Assembly (NCBI RefSeq): GCF_000150275.1
Contig: NW_002060950.1
Location: forward strand, 130,679-194,678
DNA from: Trichoplax adhaerens
Lineage: Eukaryota; Animalia; Placozoa
Length of the DNA stretch: 64,000 nucleotides
Direction: 5' to 3'
Of the stretch, positions 31,283 through 44,445 are shown in pieces (position 1 is the stretch's first letter; each line of letters opens with the position of its first letter). The notes below the pieces were generated by a model. The model saw nothing but the letters and a program-made list of their open reading frames with translations, made no database searches and was not told the DNA's origin. The position numbers and the translations under genes were made by a program.

Positions 31283-34259
31283 TTATAAACCCTTATTAAA
31301 ATAAACATATTGTGACTTATCGCCTCTTTGATTCATCTGATTTCGCAATTCCGGCTCCAGGTGAGAGACTAACATAGAACTTTAGAGTTCAAAAGACACA
31401 AGACAAGTATTAAGACTAAATAGCAAGAAATACTTTCATAGCTATAACATCTACCTTATGTAAAGTATTTAATTGGATGCATAGTAAACTAATAGTGATT
31501 ATGTTACTGCTATATTATTTAAGTAGGTATAAGGTAATGTCATAAAATGAAGGATTACAGTAATTTATTACTGTATTACTGCATATAGTAAACTCCTCGA
31601 TGCATATGATGAAAATAATAGAAATACAACTTGCCTTTCTTGAGGAAAAATCGCGCAGCAAGCAGGTGTCATAAATGTTAATCTAGAAGCAATTTTAGTT
31701 TAATTTATCTAATTATATTATAGAAACTTGCCTCCGTTGAAAATTAAAACAGCACTTAGTCGCCGTTAATCACATCAACAAATACTCGTACCATTTGAAG
31801 ACAATGTCGATATCTTCCGATAAATGTTACAAATTTATGTAGTACTTACAAAATTCCGGTTAATAAAATCTGTATAGGAGCGCGAACATAAGGCATTCTC
31901 TAGAGATTGTCATGTCAAAAGAATTAAATTAAATGCTACCTATTAATTAATACGAATACTACATAACATTTAGGAAGTGAAAAACTAACGAATTAACTGT
32001 GTCGAAAATCGATGATTTAATAAGATATCATAATCTAATCTTAATCGAAAATTAAAATTTGCTTTAGCAGTAGTTACATTATCATAACTACAATACCAAT
32101 CTTTTACCTGAATACTGGGTTTCTTGTCTAAGAAATTCATTACTATAGGTGATAAAACTTTACGCACAATAACACATTTAGTTTTAAGTTTGAACAGGCA
32201 AAGTCATAAACTTATTTTCTTTCAAAAGCTTCACTATTTGTAACGTATCTTTCCTATTTATTATACACAATCTTGCAAATGAAAAATTATAAATTGAATA
32301 CTTGAAATAAGAAATGATAACTTCAGAACTGAGAATCTATTTTTTACCGCATAGAGATCTTTTTTTAAAAATTATACGGTATGTAACATAATTATAGTTT
32401 GACGCGTTCAATACTTGGCACTAAAAGATAGATATCGTACTGTACGAGCATACCTTTGAAATATACAGAAAATATTAACTTAAATATGCATTACCTCATA
32501 CTATACTCGTAAATACGTTAAAAATAAATTATTCATGATCTTTTTTATACAGTTAACGTTAATATCGCTATGGGACATAATATTAAACGTTCATCTTACT
32601 GTATTTATTAAGTGCAGTTTTGCAACTAATACCTAGCAAATAACTAAGGTACGTACTGTACGAATTCTACATTTTAATAAAAGACAACTTCATATTTGTC
32701 CGTAAGAATATATACTGCGAAAAGTGGAATGGTAACACATACTCATTGCAGGAGACGCCATAGCAATCCTAGAAAATACAACTTGAGCAATAGCATTCCT
32801 AGCAGCTATCTAATAAACATATAAAGCAGATACCGATTGTCATAAAATTATAAACAGCACATTTATTTAATAACGAAATTGCCGAAAAATCTTTATTTAA
32901 CAGGAAGTGAAATATATGCATTCAATAAATTCTTACCTTTGAGTATCCAATAGAGGTTCCATCCTTATCTTTAACTAATATCCCTTCAGACAGTTCTTTT
33001 TGTCGCATCATCGGAATGTTAATACAATTAGCAGCTGCTACAGCAGCGAATGGAATAAACCTACCGACCAATGGTGGAGCTTTCTATTGGTCAAATTTAA
33101 ATTAAATTGCAATATCATGGCTTGCAGCATAATATAATAAACCGAGATTCTACGCGTTGTTTCGATATGAATTACGATTTTTATTTAAATTTATAATCAA
33201 ATAAAGCTGGCTTACATGAGCTACTGAGTTTAGTCCAATTGCTGTAGTGACTGCACCAGTCGTAGCGAAGAAGTATGGAAAGAAAAGTTCTCTAAAAACA
33301 TATGAGCTCTAAATCACATTGATGCATTAGCCAGTTGCATCAATAACTTCTGCAATATCTGCAGCAGCTATAATTACATCTACGGAAAGATTTCACCCAG
33401 AAATAAATTATCGTATAGCTCACCGGTAGCTAGGCGATTTACCGCTTCTATTAGTATAATTAACAACGGCATTAAATGACTGATTAATCCATTGCCAAAA
33501 AATAACGGCGGGTGTTGATCTATTTAAAGAGATTAATAAAAGAATTTAGTTAACTTTAATTTATTAGCTCAGTGAATAAAGTACGTACTAAAAAAAGAAT
33601 AACCAAATATTGTTGCTTTAATATACTGGTAATGTCCAATATTATAAACGCTTACTTATAAAATGTTAGCATGGAGCCAATAATAGCCATGTTGCAAGGG
33701 GCCTGTGCTGACATGCGCCCTATTAGAATCATTTTTTCACCAGTCTCAGGGTGGAATGCGGAATCATAAATTTGTTTTGCTTTCCATAACTCTTTTACAG
33801 TAGTATTTGGTGGCTCTTTGCCTTGTCTAAAAATAGTTATTTACAAAATATATAAGTATATGTACATTGCCAAACAAAAATTAGCAATTGCTAAATACCA
33901 TTAGCATCAACAAGCGAAAGTTCCTATAGCAGCATTAAGGAGAACATGTCATGGAACGGATCTTAATTTAAGATATTATCCATATATTGCATAGAGCATA
34001 CGATTATTTTAAGTTTAAGATTAATTATTAGTACGTATCTAAAAGTAATTTATCTCCAAACATACTTATAAGCGCTGATCAATTTTTTGGAAGAATCTAA
34101 CGCTGCATCAGAGTAGAATATATTGAATGGATTTGCTGAGGTAAAGAAGTGCTTCAGTCTACCGACATAATGACGTTGGTCCCATCTAGGAGAGTCTAAA
34201 TCTAACCTATCGCGATTGATCTTATTATAATCTGATGATCCTCGGTCATTGCTAGTCAT
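31283..34259 (-). CDS. SFXN: Sideroflexin (SFXN1/3-like mitochondrial serine/tricarboxylate carrier), about 10 exons
   Basis: [98 protein letters not shown]-terminal VYFNKGL*. ATG taken at 34259. Confidence 0.95.
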
Positions 34260-34809
34260 TACTCGTATATGTCTAATCGATTTCTGGTAATTTGATAACA
34301 AAAATACAGCCTTCACATAAAGCTATTACTATAAATTGTACATAAAATAAATGGAGGCATTCGACTTCGCCGCAGTTTCAACACATGCAGTGATATAAAG
34401 GCTACAAGGCACTAACGGATTGAATCGATAACATCTACTGTATCATAAATTGTATTGCACTTGTATACAAAAATATTAAATCTCTAACGAAGTACGTACA
34501 GTATGGTACTATTCAGCTATTCTGCCCAGATGTTTGCCAAAAAACATATTGTAAATTTACTGATCAAATACGATCGCAGATTTCAGTAGTTTATGCAACA
34601 TATTTCGCTACATTTTATCTCCATTCTAACTGCCAGGTTTGTAACTATTTAACTATCTTGTAGTTTGAGAATGGTTTTGCGCGGATATTATAATCCTTTC
34701 CATCATAATTGTAATCTTAAATGTGATCGCTTACAATTAATCAAATCTTGAAAAAGAAGTTAAAGTACGCGTATACTGCTGATTATTCTATCTTATTCAT
34801 TTATATCTA

Positions 34810-35790
34810 GTGGTACTGTATACCCGTATTTACTGTACTGTACTGTATAGTAATTGCCGTATCTGCAATTACAGGACTAATCTGCAAAATAATCAATTAA
34901 TTATAAACAGTTATCATGAATTGTAAACTAACGTACAAAATCGACAGTGAGCTTGTAGCCAACTTCATTATCGATTTTCTACTGCAATGAATTGTTAGTA
35001 ATTAAAGAGCATTCGGTTAAACGCTTCTTCGTCAAAACTAACTGTACTTGTACTGTACAGTACTGTAGTGTAGAACTATAGATCCCGCCGCTTTTTAAAA
35101 TGTTTTGTGTACTTTATATGAAGTGAAGCTTGAATGGGTTTCGGACGGATATCGTGACCTTTACTTAATTTGCACACTGCCGTACAGTGTACACTGTACT
35201 GTACGTTATATAGAGACCAGTGTACAGTACAGTACCTTACTACTGTATATCGCGTTCAGAGATTGTTGACTAGTACTTTACAGCTAAAATAGGAATAAAT
35301 ATATAAATATATAATTAAAACAATAATAATAGTTATAACTAAACTCTACTCATCTAGCATGGACGATTACGGGATATTTTATCCAAATAGTAAATCTTTA
35401 CAACAATTGCAAGTGCCAACCAATAGGATGGCGCGTACAAAACCTTTCAAGATAGTTAGTTTTCAAATAATGGATGCCTGTGGCATATGCCAAAAGATAT
35501 TGACAAAGAAAGCTAAGCAAGTTAGTAACCTTTCAGCATTTGATCTAACGTAGATCACTATCTATTATATTATAGACGATAATTGAATTCATTAATAGTT
35601 AATCACTTCAGAAAATAAAGTATTTTGTAAATAGATTAAGAATCTACAACAAATTTATCATGCACACATTAGTACTGTACACTGCGTATGCTAGTACTGT
35701 AGATATTGCTGCACTATATTCAGCCGGATTACTCTTCCGTAGCACTGCACTGTACTGTACTGTACTGTACATTAGTGTACAATGTACATC
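34810..35790. repeat. TACAG/TACTG patches in the divergent SFXN/SPATA24 interval and SPATA24 intron 1
   Basis: Patches at about 34810-34850, 35040-35070, 35180-35250 and 35670-35790. Confidence 0.85.
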
Positions 35791-37107
35791 AGGAATTAGT
35801 GAGTGGCTTGAATTCTCAGTAGTTAATGACGCTTTGTTCTCTAACACTCCTCGTTTACTAACTAGTAAACTAAATCTTTTCTACATATCGTCATCTCCGT
35901 TTTTATGTTGCCCCGTACCATTTGCATATACTGTGCATGTACATTGCACATTGTGCATTGCGTAAACATAAGCTGGCTACTCGACGAAGTGATGCAAGCA
36001 TGCGTATGTTGCCGAAAGAGATTTATGATCAGCAGGTCGAGAAGCTACAGGTGGGCATGTTTATTCTGCCTAATTTGGTATTAAACTGAATAGATTATAT
36101 ACTGTACAGTTAGGTCCAACATTAGCAGCATACCTTTTTTGCCAATGTAAACAGTTAACAGCATGGCTCCTTAAGTTAAAATGTGATAAGAGTACTGTAA
36201 TGCTATACGCGTATATCGTCATTGCCGATTTAATAATCCTTTACAATCCTGGAGGTGAATTTCTTAAACATCAAACATAATATACTTTGCTAATAGTAGA
36301 TGTATACCGTATTTATTCAGATCGATATACTGTAAACACATACTCGTATTTGTATATGGTTTCGCTGTTTTGTGAATGCAAACACCTATAATTTAGTCCG
36401 TTTTATGTATAGAATGAAGAAGTTGAGCACGCCAAAACAAAGTCTTTATTGGCGAAAGAATCAGAAAAGCTTGACTTTGCTCTAGGTGAAATCAATATTC
36501 TCAACAAGCAATTGCAACGTGAGAAGGATGCGTTCGAAGAAGCGTGAGTAGCAAGTTCTTATATCGGCAATTTATTATTCGTTATTAACGATCATAGTGC
36601 AGTCGCCATCGCAAGTTTTCTATAAGCTTATGCAAATTTATATCATTCGCTCGATTTTACGTATACCTCCTCTAGTTTCGGAGACGTGCAAGAAAAAGCT
36701 GCACAAGAATTCGCTACTGCAGATCAGCTTAAGAGTAAATGTTCAGGTAACGTTGAAGCATATCCATTCTCTAGGAGTCTTAATAATTTTCAGTGGTCCA
36801 TACTTTAATACAAAGAGGCACTCTTATTATAAGTACTCGTTCTAAGAAAATTTACACGCGAAATTTTTAATTTTAAATGAATTTTAATCTATTTGATCTA
36901 GAAATGGCAATAGTTTGTAACCGGCAGGAAGACTCCATTGGAGCTAAAGAGATAAAGATACGCGAGCTAAAAGCTCGCTTAGCAAAACAAAGAGAAGCTC
37001 ACAGACTACAGCTATCAGAAATGGCTATTAAAATGCAACAAGAAGTATACATGAGTAAGCGATCGTTGCAAGGAGGAACAACTTTTCACGGAAGCGAAAA
37101 TCACTGA
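35359..37107 (+). CDS. SPATA24: SPATA24-like coiled-coil protein; exons approx 35359-35520, 35973-36050, 36413-36544, 36676-36746, 36902-37107 (first exon tentative)
   Basis: EHAKTKSLLAKESEKLDFALGEINILNKQLQREKDAFEEA and DQLKSKC...QEDSIGAKEIKIRELK...KMQQEVYM match the recalled SPATA24 segments HAKTKVLLAKEEEKLQFALGEVEVLSKQLEKEK and QEDILNGKENEIKEL...QQESYM. Confidence 0.85.
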
Positions 37108-37867
37108 TTCTAATATTCCGATTGGTACATTTAGTTGTCAAATTATGATTTATAATCAGCGCTACTTAACCTTTCGAAATGCAATATAATTCTATAATCT
37201 CAAATATATCGTATTATCTTCAATACAGAAATCTTGAAGTTCGTCTCCTATGTTCATTGAAGATCGAGAATAGTACAGTAGTACAGTACTGTATTATTTG
37301 ATGCAAAAGTAAGTAGAGCAGAGACCAAATCATTGGAATTTGTGGTGCAAGCTAAAAAACATAGTTGATAGATGTAAAAGAAAAGACGTTTGATTTATAG
37401 AGACCGATATTCTATTTTTTGACTGTGGCAACACTCTAAAATACTATTTAGTGCTTTGCAACGAGCGAATATGATTCGTAAGTTTTATCTCATAATATTC
37501 TACAGTAAAAGACAATATGGTATTCTAAACAAACCTTAATTGTGGAATATTTACCTAAGCGGTGGTTTGCTACTTGCAAAACCGTTGGTGATTGACCTAA
37601 TGGTAGACAATGTTTCTTCTTAGTATCTGAAAATGTATGATTGATAGGAAAGAAAGATACCACTGTAATACTACGTGATTAGATTGAATTTATTCATTGA
37701 ATGCCGATCTTGTAAATACCACTTGATTTTGTAGTGTGATTGCTAGTTAAGTAAGACAGCGACATTTGTATACTTATTGCTGTTTTAGATAATGAATTTC
37801 AGCCATTACCGTATTTTTATCTATTTTGTTTAAAAAATTTGCAACTTTGTCAGACAGTAAAACCTAT

Positions 37868-38141
37868 ACTTCTGCCTACTAAAGTACGCATATCGCATTA
37901 TTGATAAAATAACTAAATACGAAGAACACGGTGTTCATTTCTGCCTACTAAAGTACGCATATCGCGTATTTAATAAAATAACTAAATATGAAGAAGATGG
38001 CGTTCATTTCTGCCTACGAAAGTACGCATATCGCATATTTAATAAAATAACTAAATATGAAGAACAAGGTGTTGATTTCTGCCCACTAAAGTACGCATAT
38101 CGCATTTTTAATTAGTAAAATAACTAAATATGAAGAACATG
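37868..38141. repeat. 69-bp tandem minisatellite, 4 copies
   Basis: Unit approx TTTCTGCCTACTAAAGTACGCATATCGCATATTTAATAAAATAACTAAATATGAAGAACANGGTGTTCA, starting at about 37869, 37938, 38007 and 38076. Confidence 0.95.
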
Positions 38142-38399
38142 GCTATCATACATACGTAGGTGTAGCGTATTACTATGTAAACTTTGCCCTCCTCCTTTCA
38201 TTGCTTTACTAACCCGATAAATTGCTTTACACACGAGGTTATCTGCTAATATTATGGCTTATTACGTTATAGTGTTATACTGTGCAGAAAATTAATTTTA
38301 TTAAATTTACAAATTAGCAGTTAATCGAACTCGGAACTACTATTCATCATCACAAGGTATTTTGGTACCGTAACGATTTACGACGTAAGTGTGAAAATG

Positions 38400-38800
38400 C
38401 TATACAGTACGTCTAGCCCAAGCGAGCTGCAGGCGGGAATACTAATCGATAATGTAAAGCACAGCAACGAAGTACAGCATACAATACACTACTGTACTGT
38501 ATACATTAGGTAGTCAGTGAGCTATATACTGTACATTGTACAGTAGCTTGGTTCAGATTGAACTTGATAGAAAGGTCAGCTCAAGCAGATACGCTCTTTG
38601 CTAAGTATACTGTAAACACTATACTGAGTCAGCTTACAGTACAGTACGTACAGTAGGTGTAGTACTTTCATCCTTGCACTACAGTACTGTACAGTACAGT
38701 ACTTAATGTGCTACTGTTACTGTACTGTACAGTACAGTACTGTACAGTATACAGTACTGTACAGTGTACAGTAGTGTACAATGTACTGTACATGTAAATG
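38400..38800. repeat. TACAG/TACTG island upstream of FOXRED1
   Basis: For example TACTGTACTGTACAGTACAGTACTGTACAGTATACAGTACTGTACAGTGTACAG at about 38718-38771. Confidence 0.93.
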
Positions 38801-39002
38801 TAAAGTCATTAAATGTTTACATAATATTTTTATTCAGATATCTCCTATCTGGTACAAATTAATAGCTGATATTAATTAATTAAATATACAGGAAAGGATT
38901 TAGTACCTTACGATAACACACCTTAACTCGCAGCTGAATTTGTTGCTTGATTTTTTTTATTTATAGGAGGACGAGTTTATGAGTTTTCAGCTGAACTAGA
39001 AA

Positions 39003-41443
39003 ATGAATCGAGTTTTAAGCCAGTTCTTACATAGATTACGCCCAACATACAACCCAATGGGAATGATAGCTCGTAGGCTATCGATGAATAGTGGACAAGG
39101 ATATCGCTTAGCCGATCGCGCTAGATATTCGTCTCAGACATCAACTTCTGCTTTACCTAAAAGTGCAGATATTGTGATCATCGGTGGTGGTATTATCGGT
39201 ACACTGGCAGCGGTTTACTTAGCAAATAGAATCCCTGGTAGCTCTATGTGCATTATCGAAAGAGATTTGTCAGTAAGTACTGTGCTGCACCTGTACAATG
39301 TACATTTGCACATATAAGCTAGCTTAGCCTACGCTCTTATACCTAAAAATTCTCACTTGAGATTTCGGCAAGTTCATCAATTTAGACTGTTATGTCTGTA
39401 GTCATGACTCAATTAGCAACGGAACAAATTAGTCCATATTGGTATAAGGTCTTAAATGTTCACGAGCATTATAATGACTCCTGATATTATTATTTGAAAT
39501 ACTTAGTATACCTATGCTTCCACGGTTCTATCTGCTGGGTCACTACGTGTCCAGTATTCTATTCCGGAAAATATTTACATGTCAGTTGAAAGCTTTAAAT
39601 TTTTGAAAGATATTGGTACTCATTTACAAGTTGAAGGTGATGACCCACCTGATATACAATTGATAGAAAAGGGCTTTCTATTTTTGGCTCCAGAGAAAAT
39701 GGTACCTCTAATTACGACATACAAAGGAATTCATGAGTTAGTCGGAATTTACTAAATTTATTTCTAGCGAAAATATTGCTATTTCATTGTATAGATTTGG
39801 TTGTGGCGTAAAAAATAATAGCTACTAGAAGAACCTGAGCGTTACTAGCAAAAAAATCATTTAGATCTTACTTTTCATACATCGTCAGGATATATATGTT
39901 ATACATTTTGTAATATAGTTAATAGATTGCACAATCTTGCATGGCTGAATTTAACCGCAACTTATGTTTAATCAAATGAGGTTACTCTATGTCGTGTACT
40001 TTGACCCAACCCGCTGTATGTGCTGATAATCTCATGTCATGTCGATAGAAAATTAGGCATACCAACGGAAATATTGCAGCCGTCTGAAATAAAAGAAAGA
40101 TACCCATGGCTCAATCTCGATGATATAGTCTTAGGCTCATATGGTAGGTCAATGCATCCTAGTTCCACGATTTCTGGAATCTACACTCATCTTGGATAGA
40201 CAAGCATCGTTTTACTTTCAGTGAAATGAACCATGCGTATTAATGACCTTTGCTTGTTTGACAATCTAGGATGTGATTATGAAGCGATGTTCGACCCGTG
40301 GGCATACTTAATGTGTGCAAAAAAGAAAGCTCAATCTATGGGTGTACGTTATATTGAAGCTGAAGTAAAAGGAATGGAAAGAAATGGAAATCGTATAGAT
40401 AATGTTTCGGTATATTAATGTAGAGAAAAAATATTTTTGTGATATTTTCATGTTAATGACATTTTCTAAAGTTATACTATAGTAGTGAATATAGCATATA
40501 TAAATTTTTAATGAAATACAGGTTGTAACAACCCAAGGAGAAAGAGCAACGATAAATTGTGGCTCAGTCATTAATGCTGCTGGTGCTTGGTCGAGCGGAG
40601 TAGCTAAACTTGCTGGTATAGGAGCTGAAGGTGCCCCTCCAGATCTGAAAACTCCATTACCAGTGGAACCATTTGCGAGATACGGTTACGTATTCGAGTG
40701 CCGTGATGGACCTGTAGACACTCCAGCTGTTGTTGTTGATGGAGTAACTGGTGTCGCTTTCCGTCGAGAAACGTCAGGTTTATTTGCTGCAAGCGCAATC
40801 CAAGCAAGTCGTAAATTTTACTATTTAATGCGTTCAGTCTCTTAAGTTACTGTTGAGTACACGCGTACTTCATTCTGCTTGTATCAATACCCGTCGATTC
40901 GTTCAGTTTTCTGCCTCCGTAGATGCTTAGCTTGATCCGTAGTATTGCATTTACATTAGCGATATCCTAAAATAATTGTCATACTTTTTAATAAAGGGTA
41001 AAGATAAAGATAGTTCCAAGCTAGAAGTAGACTATGATTTCTTTGACGAGGGAGTGTGGCCTGGATTAGCAACAAGATGTGACGCATTTAATGGCTTAAA
41101 GGTATAATGACGATCGAAATTAAGTTAACGTAGCTGTTAGCACCTATTAAACTGATATAATTAATTTCTACAATTTTTATTCTAACAGTTAGTATCTGCA
41201 TGGGCTGGCTATTATGAAATAAACACACTGGATAATAATGCGATAATAGGGCCGCATCCCGCCATTCCTAATTTTTATTTCTCTACGGGTTACAGTGGAC
41301 ACGGCTTACAGCATAGTCCTGCAGCTGGTCGTGCTATTAGCGAATTAATCCTAGATGGAAAATTTACAACAATGGATTTATCAAAATTTTCCTTCGACCG
41401 AATAATTCGCAATGAACCTTATAAGGAATTAGCAATGATTTAG
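39003..41443 (+). CDS. FOXRED1: FAD-dependent oxidoreductase domain-containing protein 1-like (complex I assembly factor), 7 exons
   Basis: Mitochondrial presequence, DIVIIGGGIIG Rossmann motif, YTYASTVLSAGSLRVQYSIPENI, YPWLNLDDI, FDPW, VINAAGAWS, SAWAGYYEINTLDNNAIIGPHP, TGYSGHGLQHSPAAGRAISELI. TAG at 41441-41443. Confidence 0.88.
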
Positions 41444-43770
41444 TAAGGATCTCACGGTATCAATCGATTGCGCTATCGTTTGCGTTAAATCGACAGCTAA
41501 TCTGCCAGAAATATTCTTTATCCGCTTGCCTCTTTCTCAAGATTGAAAATAAAATCAATTTTTAATTATTAGGTGAAAAGTCTATGTGCACCGACATCAT
41601 ATCCACCTGATGTTATACGATAATTTAATTTCCTCTTTAATATCTGATCAACAATTGATGAAATATATGGCGTTAAACAATAATTACTATAACCGTCATA
41701 TAGTATTAACATATCTATTTTTGAAACCTATTTAATAAATCATGATATAAATCTGGTATCATATTCTCCTATAAATTAAATTATTCAGAAACTTATTGCC
41801 GTCTAAATAATATTGGAAATTAAAGGCTATAGTAAAGTTTCCGATTTTAATTTCGAATAAATGAATGAAAATATTAAAATAGGATAAACATATGTAGTAA
41901 CTGTATTAATCTGTTATTTTAATGTATGATTCACAAATGCCAGTATGTTTTTGATTTTTTGATGATGATGATGGTATTAATAAATCTAAAATGCTTCATG
42001 GTAAGGCTTTTGTGTTTGCGACGGGACTCTATTAATACCTAAGATGAAGTCCTTATGCATTTCAGAATAAAATTTATTTATAGCTAAGAGACTTGCTAAT
42101 TCGTATCATATAAAATTTCTAGCCGTTAGAAATACAATTCGAAAGTTAGAGCATTTAAATAGCGAGAAATCTTAATCTAATGTTAGAATAGTTTGTCACA
42201 CTACTAGATTGGCGATGCTATGGAAAAGAAGTACCCATAGTCATTTAACCAATAATAGCTATATAGACAGACTCCATATCCAATTTTATCAAAAATTGAT
42301 TACTTCTACACAACTTTAACCACTTACAGGGATTTTACTGTAAGTTAGAAAACAACATATAAATCAAATATCATTATATCATTATCGAAGAATCCCTGAG
42401 ATAGATTTCTGATGTATTTAACTTTTGTACATTTCGTTGGTGAGTACGGTAGCAATCATTCTGCTATAAAGAATCACTATAAAGTATGATAACACCGTCT
42501 TCGATCCTATTACCTACAACACTGAAGAATAGTGAAATACAGCAATACTTAAATTATTGGCAAGGGTATCATATTAAACTAAAGATTTCAATTAAAATTC
42601 AGTAGTTATGGCTTTACACGGATGGGTGCGCATTCACAATATGTTGCTTTAAGATCCCTATTGCAGGTAAAGTCTGTACATATGATAGGTCAATCAATGA
42701 GTAAAATTACAATTATCGTCTATTATGTTACTACTGTATATACGAAATAAATATTTCCGCTTCATCTGCGGAGTATGCATAATTCTATATACTTCAATAT
42801 TAAAAGTCTTTCGACGATAATTAGTTCAAATCATTTGAACTTTTAGTAAGACTATAGATGGACGGAAATATTAGTTAAAGTATTGGTGACTGTCCCATAG
42901 TTGTACCCTTTGTAATTAAATTTTTTGTGTTAGTGTGCATATGCTTCATTTCATACACTAAATAACCAGTGTACACTTTATTTGTGTGTATACTTTACAG
43001 CATACGATCAAAGTTTTATTATTGAAACTGTCTGACCCTCTGACACCATTATAATTGGATGCAATATATATATACTTAGTTGCGTGCTATTTTACGTGTA
43101 AGAACTCTATCGCTCGCTTAAAAGCGAGCGGGTTGTAGACTACTTTTAAATAACATAAAACTATGCTTGACTGCATTTTTCTTACGTGTGCAAATATACA
43201 GGCGCTGAACTCGTATGATTTGCTGATTTTTGTTTTATTTTACAACATATCACCTTAGGTTGATACTCTGCCCAAGGAGGCGTACAGTATTGCGTCATTA
43301 AGCTGAAGCTAATAGACGCTGGGTAGTCACGTACGATTATAATACTCCTCTACAACTAATAAATTAACACGAAATCTTAATGTCCAGTTTCTCAACAAGC
43401 TTGATATACAGTAAAATGCATAATTAGAACACAAATATATCAATGCACATTGGAAAAGATATCTCTAGATGGCAATTAATCTATATTGACGTCGGGAGCT
43501 ACCTAATAGCAGTTTTCTACCGATATAAAGTGAACAATAACAACTGAACCTCATAAACACCTGGCTTGTTTTACGCAGAAAAAATTTAAAAATTATAGCT
43601 AAGCCGGTTTGATTAATCTCTATTCCTGAAAAATATTTGTTAATGATACGCTCCAACATTATCTCAGCAACAATTTAAGTGTTGAAAATTATAATAAGCG
43701 AATAAACAAGACATGAGCAATTGGAAATATTTTACCAAGTTTACAGTAGTTATTTATGAACATAAGTTGA

Positions 43771-43825
43771 CTGAGGATAAGGACTACTAGAAAAAGAACT
43801 TTTTTCTAGTAGTCCATGCTGAGGA
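43771..43825. mobile_element. 41-bp TIR-only element, same family as the 24507 element, 7(-8)-bp TSD
   Basis: CTGAGGA | TAAGGACTACTAGAAAAAGAACTTTTTTCTAGTAGTCCATG | CTGAGGA. Confidence 0.7.
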
Positions 43826-44445
43826 TCATGGAAGGAAGCAAAACTCCAGCTGAGAAATAGGTTAAATAATTATAATAATAAATGTACGTTGAAGGGAATA
43901 TTTACATGAAAGGAGTCACGCATTCACAATTTAAATATGGCAATTAGGCATTTCACCCGTTTAGTTCCAATATTCATGCAGTAAAGTTAATTTATCATTT
44001 TTTACTAATTATAATTATAGACTTTACACGTAGCTATTTATTATACCAGTATACCAACACGAGACGGAAATATACGGATGTAAATACAGTATACTATAGC
44101 GATAAGATTATGCAGTACAGTATAGTAAATGATAGAATTATGTATAGAAACATTATTAAGATGTTTGATATCAAAAAGCACTTCGTACTTTAGTCCCGAA
44201 CATGGCATCAAAGTCCATCGACCATCGTAATATCAAAGTTTTTATTTATGATCCTTAGCAGGAGGCTGCCGTCTAAGGTCAATATTGTGGCTTATTTCTT
44301 GCCCTCTCATTAATCGCTGCTCACCATTCCAACGTGAGCTGTCTGCTAGAACTTGTAGCTTTGTCTAAGTTTACTAGCGCACGATAATTTTAATTTATCA
44401 TCTACTTTTGCGTTTCCTTTCCTGTAGAAAAAAAGAGAATTAAAA

